DNA of 64,000 nt from the IMG/VR virus record IMGVR_UViG_3300010371_000036, positions 1 through 64,000 of that record. The stretch is one strand, 5' to 3'. The first letter of the stretch is position 1, and the number at the start of each line of letters is the position of its first letter. The translations under genes and the position numbers were made by a program. The notes beneath the pieces are model-generated. The model saw only the letters and a list, made by a program, of their open reading frames with translations, did no database searches and had not been told where the DNA came from. Source of the DNA: a virus. Of the stretch, positions 36,098 through 44,084 are shown one piece after another.

Positions 36098-36372
36098 CAG
36101 ACGGCCACCCGGTTCACACGCTCGCCACGCTCGAGCGGGTTCGGCATCTCGACGACCTCGAACTCGTAAGCCACGACCGTTCCGCTCTCCTTCTCCGCCA
36201 GACCGTCCGCCCGCGTCCTGTCCGCGTTCGTCTCGATCGCGACCTTCACCGTGTACTCGACGAGCCCCGGGTATCCCGCGAGCAGACCCGCGTCGTCGCA
36301 CGAGAACATGAACGCCCAGGCCGCGTCCCGCGACCCGAACCGATACGTCGCCCGATCGACTCTCGTTCCCAT
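36097..36372 (-). CDS. hypothetical protein after cassette 2 (MGTRVDR...)
   Basis: GGAGGTTAGGGAG-ATG leader. Confidence 0.7.
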   Translation of the reverse strand: MGTRVDRATYRFGSRDAAWAFMFSCDDAGLLAGYPGLVEYTVKVAIETNADRTRADGLAEKESGTVVAYEFEVVEMPNPLERGERVNRVAV

Positions 36373-36448
36373 CTCCCTAACCTCCACCCGGACGCGCGGT
36401 CCGGACAAGACTCATCCTAGCCGTTTGGACAATGGTGTCCAAAGAAAA
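36373..36448 (-). promoter_or_regulatory. promoter/operator cassette 2 (operator 36424-36443; TTGGAC-17-TAGGAT)
   Basis: Repeat of cassette 1. Confidence 0.8.
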
Positions 36449-36503
36449 GCGCCGACCCCCGTCCGATTCTCACGCTCGCGCGGGAAAACCCGGGGGTCGG
36501 CGC
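36441..36503 (-). terminator. probable intrinsic terminator
   Basis: 13-bp stem GCGCCGACCCCCG/CGGGGGTCGGCGC, long loop, TTTTCTTT on the minus strand. Confidence 0.6.
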
Positions 36504-36505
36504 CG

Positions 36506-36525
36506 GACGGAACCCGGGTTCCGTC
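36506..36525. repeat. 20-bp palindrome copy 9, directly after a TAG stop
   Basis: GACGGAACCCGGGTTCCGTC. Confidence 0.97.
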
Positions 36526-36681
36526 CTACTGGCACTGCCGCGTCTCGCGGTCGATCGCGTGCCCGGAGTGGCGGAGGCAGTCCTCCTCCTCCTGCCGGGC
36601 GTACTCCTCGCACGCGTAGACGAGGAGGGCGAGGCAGACGATCCAGCGGAAGACCGGCCGGCGCTTCGGAGGCGCGCTCAC
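36526..36681 (-). CDS. small membrane protein
   Basis: GTG start; TM segment WIVCLALLVYAC. Confidence 0.55.
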   Translation of the reverse strand: MSAPPKRRPVFRWIVCLALLVYACEEYARQEEEDCLRHSGHAIDRETRQCQ

Positions 36682-36905
36682 GAGAACACCCCGCCCGCAA
36701 ACTCGGCGAGCTCCGAAAAGAGCTCCTGGACGCTCTCCTCCGCCCGGAGGTCCCCCTCCGCCTCCTCGACCGTCCGGCGCGAGCCCGGGCAGGTCCCGAG
36801 CTCGTCGTCGTGGGCGAGAAACCGGTACTGCTTGTCCCGCCCCTTCGCGAGCGCCTCGACCTTCTCGCAGCGCGGGCAGAGCGCCGTCGGGTTCTTGCAC
36901 CTCAC
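36678..36905 (-). CDS. small Cys-rich protein
   Basis: CPRC...H...CPGS. Confidence 0.6.
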   Translation of the reverse strand: MRCKNPTALCPRCEKVEALAKGRDKQYRFLAHDDELGTCPGSRRTVEEAEGDLRAEESVQELFSELAEFAGGVFS

Positions 36906-37312
36906 GGCGTCACCGGGAGGCGGACGGGGAGACCGGCGAGATTCGAGAACTCCTCGAGGTAGATCCCCGCGTAGCGGAGACTCGATTCGAAGAAGTCCGC
37001 CGCCCGCTCAACGGCGACGCGCATCGCCTCATGACGATCTTTCACCCTGATCGCGCGCATCGCGAACTCCGAGCCCTGCTCGTACGAAAACTCCTCAGGG
37101 AAGTTGAACTTCCGCTCGATCATCCCCTCGCAGACGTCGACCACGTGCTCGACGATGAGGAACCGGTCGAAGGGCCCCTTCTCCGCGTACCACGCCGTCG
37201 TCCGCGCGAAGGACCGGTCGACGATCCCGTCCCAGCCCCCGCGGCCGTCCGAGGGCGCGTTCCTCGTGCCGACCTCGAAGACGACGTCCCGCTGCTCGTA
37301 GAAGACGCTCAC
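36902..37312 (-). CDS. hypothetical protein
   Basis: GTG overlap; VSVFYEQRD... Confidence 0.6.
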   Translation of the reverse strand: MSVFYEQRDVVFEVGTRNAPSDGRGGWDGIVDRSFARTTAWYAEKGPFDRFLIVEHVVDVCEGMIERKFNFPEEFSYEQGSEFAMRAIRVKDRHEAMRVAVERAADFFESSLRYAGIYLEEFSNLAGLPVRLPVTP

Positions 37313-37551
37313 GGCGCGGTCTCCGGCTCGAGGTCGTGCCGCTCGAAGTGGAAGCGCTCGACCGGGAGCGCGTGCGAATGCCACGGCTTCGCCGGCTCGT
37401 CGAACTCGACCAGCCACTCGCCGGAGAGCGACTTCCGGATGACCGTCCCGACCTTCCCGTCGAGCGCCTGCGCCGCGCCGGTCGCGTAGCTCTCCGGGCT
37501 CGTGATCTTCACGCGGACCCGCGTCCCGGGCCCCAGTATCTTCTCGTCCAT
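37309..37551 (-). CDS. SH3/KOW-like small protein
   Basis: PGTRVRV...GKVGTV...WLVEFD. Confidence 0.6.
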   Translation of the reverse strand: MDEKILGPGTRVRVKITSPESYATGAAQALDGKVGTVIRKSLSGEWLVEFDEPAKPWHSHALPVERFHFERHDLEPETAP

Positions 37552-37814
37552 CACTGACCTCCCTTCCTCCGAAACACCGCGTCGTGCCACACGATACCCG
37601 CCCGCGTTGGCGCCCCGTCGTAATGCCGAGCGAACCCGACCCGTTCGAGCGCCCCGACCACCCGAGCCCTGAGCTCCGGGTGAGTACGGACGCCCTCCGC
37701 GTACTCCCCGGCCGCCCGGTCCCCGCGCCCTTCCTCGACGACGGCGGCGAGGTAGCGGACCTCGGCGGCGCTCAGCCGGACCTCCCGCGGATCCAGCGCA
37801 TATTCATTCGCCAT
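37551..37814 (-). CDS. hypothetical protein
   Basis: Coupled ORF. Confidence 0.6.
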   Translation of the reverse strand: MANEYALDPREVRLSAAEVRYLAAVVEEGRGDRAAGEYAEGVRTHPELRARVVGALERVGFARHYDGAPTRAGIVWHDAVFRRKGGQ

Positions 37815-37816
37815 CG

Positions 37817-38071
37817 TCAGGCCCCGCCCATCTCGAGGACCCAGGCGACGGCCTCCTCGCGCGTGTAGCCGGAGTCCTCGACCAGGCTCCGGACCTCCCG
37901 GCGCTGCTCCGCCGTCAACCGCGGGAGGCGCGTCGAGCGCATCGCGCGGGCCGCGTCCCGGACGCTCGCCCCCGACGCCTTCGCCTCCGCGAACCGCTCG
38001 AGGGTCGCCTCGAGCTCCGTCTCCGTCCGCGAAGCGAACCGACCGCTCCGCACTCGCCGTACGTTCTCCAT
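37817..38071 (-). CDS. hypothetical protein after cassette 3
   Basis: GGTTAGGGAG-ATG leader. Confidence 0.7.
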   Translation of the reverse strand: MENVRRVRSGRFASRTETELEATLERFAEAKASGASVRDAARAMRSTRLPRLTAEQRREVRSLVEDSGYTREEAVAWVLEMGGA

Positions 38072-38150
38072 CTCCCTAACCCTCCGCCGAGACGCGCGGT
38101 CCCGGTAAAGACAACCCTACCAGTTTGGACACCATTGTCCAAAAGAATCG
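38072..38150 (-). promoter_or_regulatory. promoter/operator cassette 3 (operator 38124-38143; TTGGAC-17-TAGGGT)
   Basis: Repeat of cassette 1. Confidence 0.8.
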
Positions 38151-38160
38151 CACGCCGGCC

Positions 38161-38192
38161 GAAAAAAAGGAGCCCCGGTCTCCCGGAGCTCC
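38161..38192 (-). terminator. intrinsic terminator (GAGA tetraloop)
   Basis: GGAGCTCCGG-GAGA-CCGGGGCTCC-T7 on the minus strand. Confidence 0.9.
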
Positions 38193-38198
38193 CCTCGA

Positions 38199-38236
38199 GT
38201 CGTCTAGGACCGAACCCGGGTTCCGTCCTAGACGAC
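38199..38236. repeat. palindrome copy 10 (core 38208-38227, one mismatch) extended to a 38-bp inverted repeat
   Basis: GTCGTCTAGGACCGAACCCGGGTTCCGTCCTAGACGAC. Confidence 0.93.
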
Positions 38237-38262
38237 GTCCTTCGCGGCGCGCGGCTTGTAGC

Positions 38263-38466
38263 TCATCGCCCGCCGTACTCTTCGAGGTCCTCGCGGATAC
38301 CCTTGAGGACCTCGTTATTCATCGCCTCCGCGACGATCTCGCGGACGCCGGGGATCGCGAGGATCGACTCGGCGCTCATCTCGCTCACGAGCTCCTCGAG
38401 CTTCTCGTCGAAGAGCTCCTGCGAGATCTCGACCTCCACCTTCCGCACCTTCTTAGCCGCCGTCAC
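38263..38466 (-). CDS. hypothetical acidic protein
   Basis: GTG overlap; ILAIPGVREIVAEAMNNEVL. Confidence 0.65.
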   Translation of the reverse strand: MTAAKKVRKVEVEISQELFDEKLEELVSEMSAESILAIPGVREIVAEAMNNEVLKGIREDLEEYGGR

Positions 38467-38795
38467 GGTCCGCACCAGATCGAGAACCCCGTCGACGCCT
38501 CGTACTGCTCCTCGACGCAGCCGGGGAGGTCCGCCATCCCGCGCCCGGGCGGGCAGCGGTACTCGAGCGAGTGCCACCCCGACGCGTCGGTCCAGCCCCG
38601 CGCGACGAGGTCGTGCTCGCAGAGGCTGCCGACAAAGGTCGCGCAGCCGTCGCCGGCCCGAGGGCCGGAGATCCCCCCGACGTTCGCCCAGGACGCGTCT
38701 TCGGGGACCGGGGGGCCTCCGGGGCGGGGGTCCCAGTCCGGGACGCACCAGCAGCCCGCTAGGGCCCCCAGCAGGGCGAGGAGGGCGGGCCTCAC
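38463..38795 (-). CDS. putative lipoprotein
   Basis: VRPALLALLGALAGC lipobox. Confidence 0.6.
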   Translation of the reverse strand: MRPALLALLGALAGCWCVPDWDPRPGGPPVPEDASWANVGGISGPRAGDGCATFVGSLCEHDLVARGWTDASGWHSLEYRCPPGRGMADLPGCVEEQYEASTGFSIWCGP

Positions 38796-39196
38796 GCCGG
38801 CTCCGGGGCGCCGTCGTCGAGGGAGACCTCGACGACCTGGGCCTCGACGCACTCGTTCATCACGACCTGGGGGTCCCGGGTCGTCGCGGTCTTGTAGAGG
38901 CGCTCGAAGACCTTCAGCGTCGCGTCGTAGACCGCGGCGTCGCGCTCGATGTCCCGGAGGGTGCTCCAGCCGGTCGGCGGGTCAGGGATCGAGAGCCGGT
39001 TCTCGGAGAGCGTCTTCGCGAAGTTCTCGAAGCGCATCGCCATCCGCATGGCGTTGTCCTCGAGCCGCTCCCGGAGGGAGTCGAGGTCCTCGGCCATCCG
39101 GGCGAGCTCGTAGAGCACCGGGTCCTTCGCCTTCGCGGCCCAGAGCGCCTCCGGGCTCGAGAAGGCAGCCGTCACGAGCGTCTCGAACTTGATCAT
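38792..39196 (-). CDS. hypothetical protein after cassette 4 (MIKFETL...)
   Basis: GGAGG SD upstream of ATG 39196. Confidence 0.7.
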   Translation of the reverse strand: MIKFETLVTAAFSSPEALWAAKAKDPVLYELARMAEDLDSLRERLEDNAMRMAMRFENFAKTLSENRLSIPDPPTGWSTLRDIERDAAVYDATLKVFERLYKTATTRDPQVVMNECVEAQVVEVSLDDGAPEPA

Positions 39197-39275
39197 CGTC
39201 GAATCCTCCACCCGGGCGCGCAGCCCGAACAAGACTCACTCTAGCCGTTTGGACATCATTGTCCAAGACAATCGC
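39197..39275 (-). promoter_or_regulatory. promoter/operator cassette 4 (operator 39248-39267; TTGGAC-17-TAGAGT)
   Basis: Repeat of cassette 1. Confidence 0.8.
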
Positions 39276-39284
39276 ACGCGGGCC

Positions 39285-39325
39285 AAAAAAAAACGCGCCC
39301 ACCCCGGTCTCCCGGAGGGGCGCGT
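39285..39325 (-). terminator. intrinsic terminator (GAGA tetraloop)
   Basis: ACGCGCCCCTCCGG-GAGA-CCGGGGTGGGCGCG-T9 on the minus strand. Confidence 0.9.
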
Positions 39326-39329
39326 CTCG

Positions 39330-39349
39330 GACGGAACCCGGGTTCCGTC
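39330..39349. repeat. 20-bp palindrome copy 11, directly after a TAG stop
   Basis: GACGGAACCCGGGTTCCGTC. Confidence 0.97.
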
Positions 39350-39565
39350 CTAGGTCGAGGAGGTGTTCTCGGGGCGGCAGGCCATCGCCTTCTTCGCGAA
39401 GAAGCTCGCCTCCTCGAGCTTCGTCTTGGCGATCGACATCTCCCGGCTCGGGCCCGGCGCGATGTCCTCGAGCTCCGTGAGGAGCTGGTCGAAGGCGGAC
39501 GCGATCCGGGCGGCCTTCGCCTTCCCGGACTCGTTGAGCATGTGGACGGTGAACTCGTTGTGCAT
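39350..39565 (-). CDS. Acb2/Tad1-like helical-hairpin protein (putative immune-signal sponge)
   Basis: PSREMSIAKTKLEEASFFAKKAMA matches the SR-x-x-SLA-x-TKLEEA-x-x-W/F-x-x-x-A-I pattern. Confidence 0.65.
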   Translation of the reverse strand: MHNEFTVHMLNESGKAKAARIASAFDQLLTELEDIAPGPSREMSIAKTKLEEASFFAKKAMACRPENTSST

Positions 39566-39586
39566 GGCCGGCGGGGATGCCGCGGG

Positions 39587-40099
39587 TCAGGCGACGAGGG
39601 CAGCGGAGATCTGCCGCGCGACGCTCTCGAGGCGGATGAGGCGGCTCGTCGTCCTCCGGCTCCGCGCGACGTGCTCGCCGAGGAGCTGGGCGAAGAGGCG
39701 CGGCAGGTGCTCGACGTCCTCGACGAGGAGGTCGCCGTCCTCGGCCCAGCGGGTCTGAACGACGACGCGCCCGGCGCGGACGACCGTCTTCGCCATCTCG
39801 AGCCGCCCGCGCGACGTGACGACGAGGACCTCCCGGCCATCCCCGCCGCCGCGCGGCTCCGGGAGCGGCTCGTACGGCCGCCCCGCGTCCTTCGCCGCGA
39901 AGCAGCGGGCGCGCGCCGCCGGGTAGCCCGGGGCGACCTCGCGCAGGCCCTTCAGGGTCTCGCCGCCGAGGGCCTCGACGAGCGCGGTCTCCATCGCGCG
40001 GATGGCCGCGATCGCCTCCGCCCTCGCCGACTCCCGGGCCGCGAAGAGCTCGTCGCTTGCGAGGGCGACGTCTCCGAGGAGTTCGGGGATCTGGCTCAT
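39587..40099 (-). CDS. hypothetical protein (MSQIPELL...)
   Basis: ATGA overlap, GGAG SD. Confidence 0.65.
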   Translation of the reverse strand: MSQIPELLGDVALASDELFAARESARAEAIAAIRAMETALVEALGGETLKGLREVAPGYPAARARCFAAKDAGRPYEPLPEPRGGGDGREVLVVTSRGRLEMAKTVVRAGRVVVQTRWAEDGDLLVEDVEHLPRLFAQLLGEHVARSRRTTSRLIRLESVARQISAALVA

Positions 40100-40314
40100 G
40101 GCTTCGTTTCCTTCTCCCGCACTTTCGCACGGATCTCCCTGGCGCGCCCGAGCAATTCCAGCCGGGTCAGCCAGCGGTCGAACGTCTTTCGCGACACGTT
40201 CACCTCCTTCGCCGCAGCGACCGTGTCTCCCTTGTGCCGTCGGAGCAGTTCCGCCAGTGTCTTTTTCGCCTCCTCGGGCTCGAGAGAGACCATGGCGCCG
40301 AGCTGGGTAATCAC
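40096..40314 (-). CDS. Fis-type HTH DNA-binding protein
   Basis: LRRHKGDTVAAAKEVNVSRKTFDRWL. Confidence 0.75.
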   Translation of the reverse strand: MITQLGAMVSLEPEEAKKTLAELLRRHKGDTVAAAKEVNVSRKTFDRWLTRLELLGRAREIRAKVREKETKP

Positions 40315-40323
40315 GAGAGCCTC

Positions 40324-41355
40324 CTATGCCGCGCACCGGAATACCGCGTCCGCCAGCGCGACCTGTAGCGTCGCCGGGTCGGAGCGCCACACGTCCGCCG
40401 CGTCCCACCCCGGCGGGAGCTCGAGGCGCGCGACCCGCGACTGGCGCCGGAGAGCCCGCTCGAGACCCGCCGCCGCCCGGTCGCCGGCCCCGTCCGGGTC
40501 GGTCGCGACGACGACGCGCGGGAAGGTCGCGAGCTTCATCAGCGTCCGGACGTCGATCGCCCCGCCCTCCGACTCGTCGAGGCCGCTCATCCCCGCGTAG
40601 TCGATCGTCCGGTCCCCGAGCACCTCGCCGGCGCGGGAGACCGCGCGCTCGAGGGCAAGTCCGTTCAGCGCGCCCTCAAAGACGACGACCACGTCCCGCA
40701 GGCTCGGGCGCCCGCGCTCGACCGGCGCCCAGCGGTGCTCGCCGAAGAGCGCGTTCTTGTCCGGCGACTCCCAGGAGCCGGCGGCGAGGTAGCGCTTCTC
40801 GTGGTCGACGAACGACCGCGCCGCGTAGTTCGCGAGCCGCCCGAGCCGGTCGTAGATCGGCAGGAAGACCCGCCCCTCGAGCCGGCCGACGAGCGCGTAG
40901 CCGATCCGCCAGCGCCGGACCTGCTCGTCGGTGATCCCCCGACCGAGGACGTACTCGCGTGCGACCGAGTTCCAAGTCTCGAGCGGCGCGCCCTGCTTCT
41001 CCACGCCCTCCGGGAGCGTGATCGCCCCCGGGAGCCGCGCGAGCTCGGATCGGACGCGGAGGAAGGGCTCCTCCGGCTCCGCGTCCGCGACGTCGCGGAC
41101 CCAGGCGAGCGCCTCCGCGAAGTCGACGCCCCGGAGGAGCATCGCTAACTCGACGAGGTTCCCGCCGCCCTTACACGAGAAGCAGTGGAAGCCGCTCCAC
41201 ACCCCGCGGTCGACGCGCGCGAAGAAGTTCTGCCAGGCGTGCGCCTCGTTGTGCCCGCCGTGCGTCGGGAGCGGGCAGCGCTCGGCCCAGACCCGCCCGC
41301 CCTGCCGCCGCGTCGCGACGCCGAGCTTCTCGAGTACGAGCTCCGACTTGCTCAC
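40324..41355 (-). CDS. dnaG: DNA primase (CHC2 Zn finger + TOPRIM)
   Basis: CPLPTH...FHCFSC; FEG, DPDGAG, WDAAD. Confidence 0.85.
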   Translation of the reverse strand: MSKSELVLEKLGVATRRQGGRVWAERCPLPTHGGHNEAHAWQNFFARVDRGVWSGFHCFSCKGGGNLVELAMLLRGVDFAEALAWVRDVADAEPEEPFLRVRSELARLPGAITLPEGVEKQGAPLETWNSVAREYVLGRGITDEQVRRWRIGYALVGRLEGRVFLPIYDRLGRLANYAARSFVDHEKRYLAAGSWESPDKNALFGEHRWAPVERGRPSLRDVVVVFEGALNGLALERAVSRAGEVLGDRTIDYAGMSGLDESEGGAIDVRTLMKLATFPRVVVATDPDGAGDRAAAGLERALRRQSRVARLELPPGWDAADVWRSDPATLQVALADAVFRCAA

Positions 41356-41615
41356 CGGCCCCCCGGTCGAAAGAAGAGTCGGCAGCGCGCCGCGTACGCG
41401 ATCTGCGAGAGCCGGTCCCGGTTCGAAGGCGGCTCCCCGAGGGCGACGTCCGATACGCGGACGACCCGGAGCTCGACGCCGTCGTTCGCGTACGGACCCT
41501 CCCACGAGACAGCGAGGAACTTCGGCCCGACGGCGAGCACGTACCCGGTCCTCACGCGGGCATCGAGGTCGCCCTCGACCCTCCAGACAGCGTCACCAAC
41601 TCGGAACTCGCTCAT
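41352..41615 (-). CDS. hypothetical protein
   Basis: Coupled ORF (FRVGDAV). Confidence 0.55.
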   Translation of the reverse strand: MSEFRVGDAVWRVEGDLDARVRTGYVLAVGPKFLAVSWEGPYANDGVELRVVRVSDVALGEPPSNRDRLSQIAYAARCRLFFRPGGR

Positions 41616-43051
41616 GCTGACTTCCTCTTCGGCTCGCGGAGCTTCGCGTCGAAGGAGTTCGGGTTCGCGCTCCCCGGCCGCTCGTACTCGATGCTCCTCC
41701 CGCCGGAGAGCATCCCGCGATCGGCGTCCCAGTCGAACTCGACGGCGAGCATCCCGCGCCCGTCACGCTGCTTCAGGATGTCGGCCTCGAGCGTGTTGTC
41801 CGGGACCGGCTTCCACTGGTACTGCCGATAGATCCCGAACGTGTTGTCGGCGATCTCCCCCCAGGCGCCGCTGCCCTTGATCCCCTCCTCCGTCGGGTGC
41901 TTGTCCGGCCGCTGCGCGATGTCCTTCCGCTGCTGCGCGGCGAGGATCGCGTGGATCTTCAGCTCCTCGGCCATCCCCTGAAGCCGGAAGAGCGCCGCCT
42001 TCTCCTCGCTCGGCTCGTCCGAGACGAGGAGGCGCTCGAAGAGGTCCGCGACGAAGACGTCCGGCGCCCGGTCCGCGATATACCCGGCCACCTGGTCGAG
42101 GTTCCGGAGGTTCGAGAGCTTCTCCCCGCTCCGCCGGCGGAACGGATTGCCCATGAACTCGACGTACTTCCCGATCTCGAGGGCGCGCCTCCGGATCGTC
42201 TGGATCTTCTCCTCGTCGAGGTTCTTCCCCTCCATCAGCTCCGAGCGAGACCAGCCGAGGGACATGCAGGCGAGGAGCTCGAGCGTCATCTTCCCGGTCT
42301 TCTCGAAGGACCCGTAGAGCGTCCGCCGCTTCTGGCGCGCGAGGCCGAGGACGAGCCGCGCGATGAACGTGCTCTTGCCGCAGCCGGTCGACCCCGTGAC
42401 GATGGTCACGCGGCCCGGCGCCGCACCCGGGAGGATCCGCCGGCGCGCCGTCGACGGGTCCTGCCCGGGCGCGAGGTCGTAGTAGTCGAGCCCCGGCAGG
42501 CCGAACGGGTAGACGTGCTCGCCGCGCATCCGGCGCCGGAGGTCGTCCGCCATCTCGTCGGCGAGGAGCCCGGAGTCGTAGAGGTACTCGCGCGTCCCCC
42601 AGCCCCGGAAGCTCTCGGAGATCGCCTTCGCCTTCGCCTCGAGGGTCTCCGGGACGTCGCCCTTCAGGATCCCCTCGAGAAGGGCGTTCACCGGGCCCGT
42701 AAGGAGCGAGTGCCGGTGGTGGTCCCAGAGGAGGCCCGCCACCGCGGCCTGGAGGTTCGCCTCCGCGGGGACGTCCGGCCGGCCCGCGAGCATCTCGGAG
42801 AGGTAGGCGACGTCGACGCCCCCGGAGGAGAGCCGCGAGAGCGTCGCGGGGTCGGGCTTCAGGCCGAGGCGCGCCGCCTCCCGGATCGCGGACCACGCCG
42901 TCCGGTGCTGCGGGACGTGAAAGACGTCCGGCGGGTGCCGGACCGCGATGGCGCGGAACGCGTCCGAGACCATCGCGGCCGCGAGCACGACCTGCTCGTT
43001 GAACGCGTCCGCGACGAGGACGAGGTCCGCGCCCTTCCGCTCCGCCTTCAC
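41612..43051 (-). CDS. dnaB: replicative DnaB-like helicase
   Basis: EQVVLAA, TGSTGCGKST, SFE, VAD, AAQ, IKGSGAWGEIAD, KQRDG. Confidence 0.88.
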   Translation of the reverse strand: MKAERKGADLVLVADAFNEQVVLAAAMVSDAFRAIAVRHPPDVFHVPQHRTAWSAIREAARLGLKPDPATLSRLSSGGVDVAYLSEMLAGRPDVPAEANLQAAVAGLLWDHHRHSLLTGPVNALLEGILKGDVPETLEAKAKAISESFRGWGTREYLYDSGLLADEMADDLRRRMRGEHVYPFGLPGLDYYDLAPGQDPSTARRRILPGAAPGRVTIVTGSTGCGKSTFIARLVLGLARQKRRTLYGSFEKTGKMTLELLACMSLGWSRSELMEGKNLDEEKIQTIRRRALEIGKYVEFMGNPFRRRSGEKLSNLRNLDQVAGYIADRAPDVFVADLFERLLVSDEPSEEKAALFRLQGMAEELKIHAILAAQQRKDIAQRPDKHPTEEGIKGSGAWGEIADNTFGIYRQYQWKPVPDNTLEADILKQRDGRGMLAVEFDWDADRGMLSGGRSIEYERPGSANPNSFDAKLREPKRKSA

Positions 43052-43224
43052 GAGGGGACCGTGCGCGTCCCCGGCTTCGCCGCGACGTCCGGGTGCTCGC
43101 GGTAGGCGAGCTCCTTCGCGCAGATCGGGCGGCAGGTCCGCGCCTTCGACGGGTCCTGGTACGGCTTGTCCGTCACCGGGCCCTTGCACACGACGCAGTC
43201 CCGGAGCTTCCTCGAGTTCTTCAT
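43048..43224 (-). CDS. small Zn-finger protein
   Basis: CVVC...TCRPIC. Confidence 0.55.
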   Translation of the reverse strand: MKNSRKLRDCVVCKGPVTDKPYQDPSKARTCRPICAKELAYREHPDVAAKPGTRTVPS

Positions 43225-43715
43225 CGTGCGCCCGCCTTCCGCTCGCCGTCGAGCCGGTAGTCCGAGACGAGCCGCGCCGAGAACTGGAGCGGCCAGCCGA
43301 GGCGGCCGCCCTCCCGCCCGTTCGCCCGGCGCCACTCCTCGCGACCCTGCTCGCGCTGCCACGCCCAGCGCATGAACGAGACCGTCGCCCCGTAGTCACC
43401 GCCGAAGAACTTCTCGGTCAGGCTCTTCGCGGCGCTCGTCGCCATCCGCCGCGTCTTCGCGTCGAGCTCGAGAGCCTCGACCCCATAGACCTCGCGGTGG
43501 AGGAACTCGTAGAGGACGACGAGGTGGAGGCCCCCGGCGCCGTCCCACTCCCCGCTCTCGGCCATGCGCTTCATGTCGGCGCGCGCCGCCGCGAGCTTCG
43601 CCTCGGCCGAGAGCCGGTGAGGCTTCGCCCGCTCCGCGACGAACTCCGAGAGCGTCTTCGCGCCCCGGACGAGCCGGACGCCGGAGGGCGGGTCGAACTT
43701 CAGCGGGGCGGTCAT
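43221..43715 (-). CDS. hypothetical protein (possible helicase loader/initiator)
   Basis: Clean ORF upstream of dnaB; function suggested by position only. Confidence 0.6.
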   Translation of the reverse strand: MTAPLKFDPPSGVRLVRGAKTLSEFVAERAKPHRLSAEAKLAAARADMKRMAESGEWDGAGGLHLVVLYEFLHREVYGVEALELDAKTRRMATSAAKSLTEKFFGGDYGATVSFMRWAWQREQGREEWRRANGREGGRLGWPLQFSARLVSDYRLDGERKAGAR

Positions 43716-44014
43716 CGCGGGCTCCCGGCCGCCGGCGCGGGCTGCGTGTTGACGTGCGCCTTCACGCGGCCGGCGGTCTTCAGGTACTCGTGGATCTTCT
43801 CGTTCCGGATCGGGCGCGCCGCGGCGGCGAGCTCGTTCCAGACCCGGACCGTCGCCGCCGCGACCGACTCGCCGGGGCGGACCGGCGCCGTCACGCGGAG
43901 GACCCCCGTGTCAACTCCGTGGTACGGGAAGGGCGAGTAGTGCTCGTTCCCCCACTCGACCGTCACCGTCGTCCCGGGCTCCGCCGGTTGCCCGGCGTAA
44001 TTCGTCTCAGCCAT
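43712..44014 (-). CDS. hypothetical protein
   Basis: GGAG SD; clean ORF. Confidence 0.65.
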   Translation of the reverse strand: MAETNYAGQPAEPGTTVTVEWGNEHYSPFPYHGVDTGVLRVTAPVRPGESVAAATVRVWNELAAAARPIRNEKIHEYLKTAGRVKAHVNTQPAPAAGSPR

Positions 44015-44084
44015 TCGAAACTCTCCTATCCCTCGGGATATGTCTCTTGCCGCGCACGCAGCGCGGCGACCTCTTGCACTCGGA

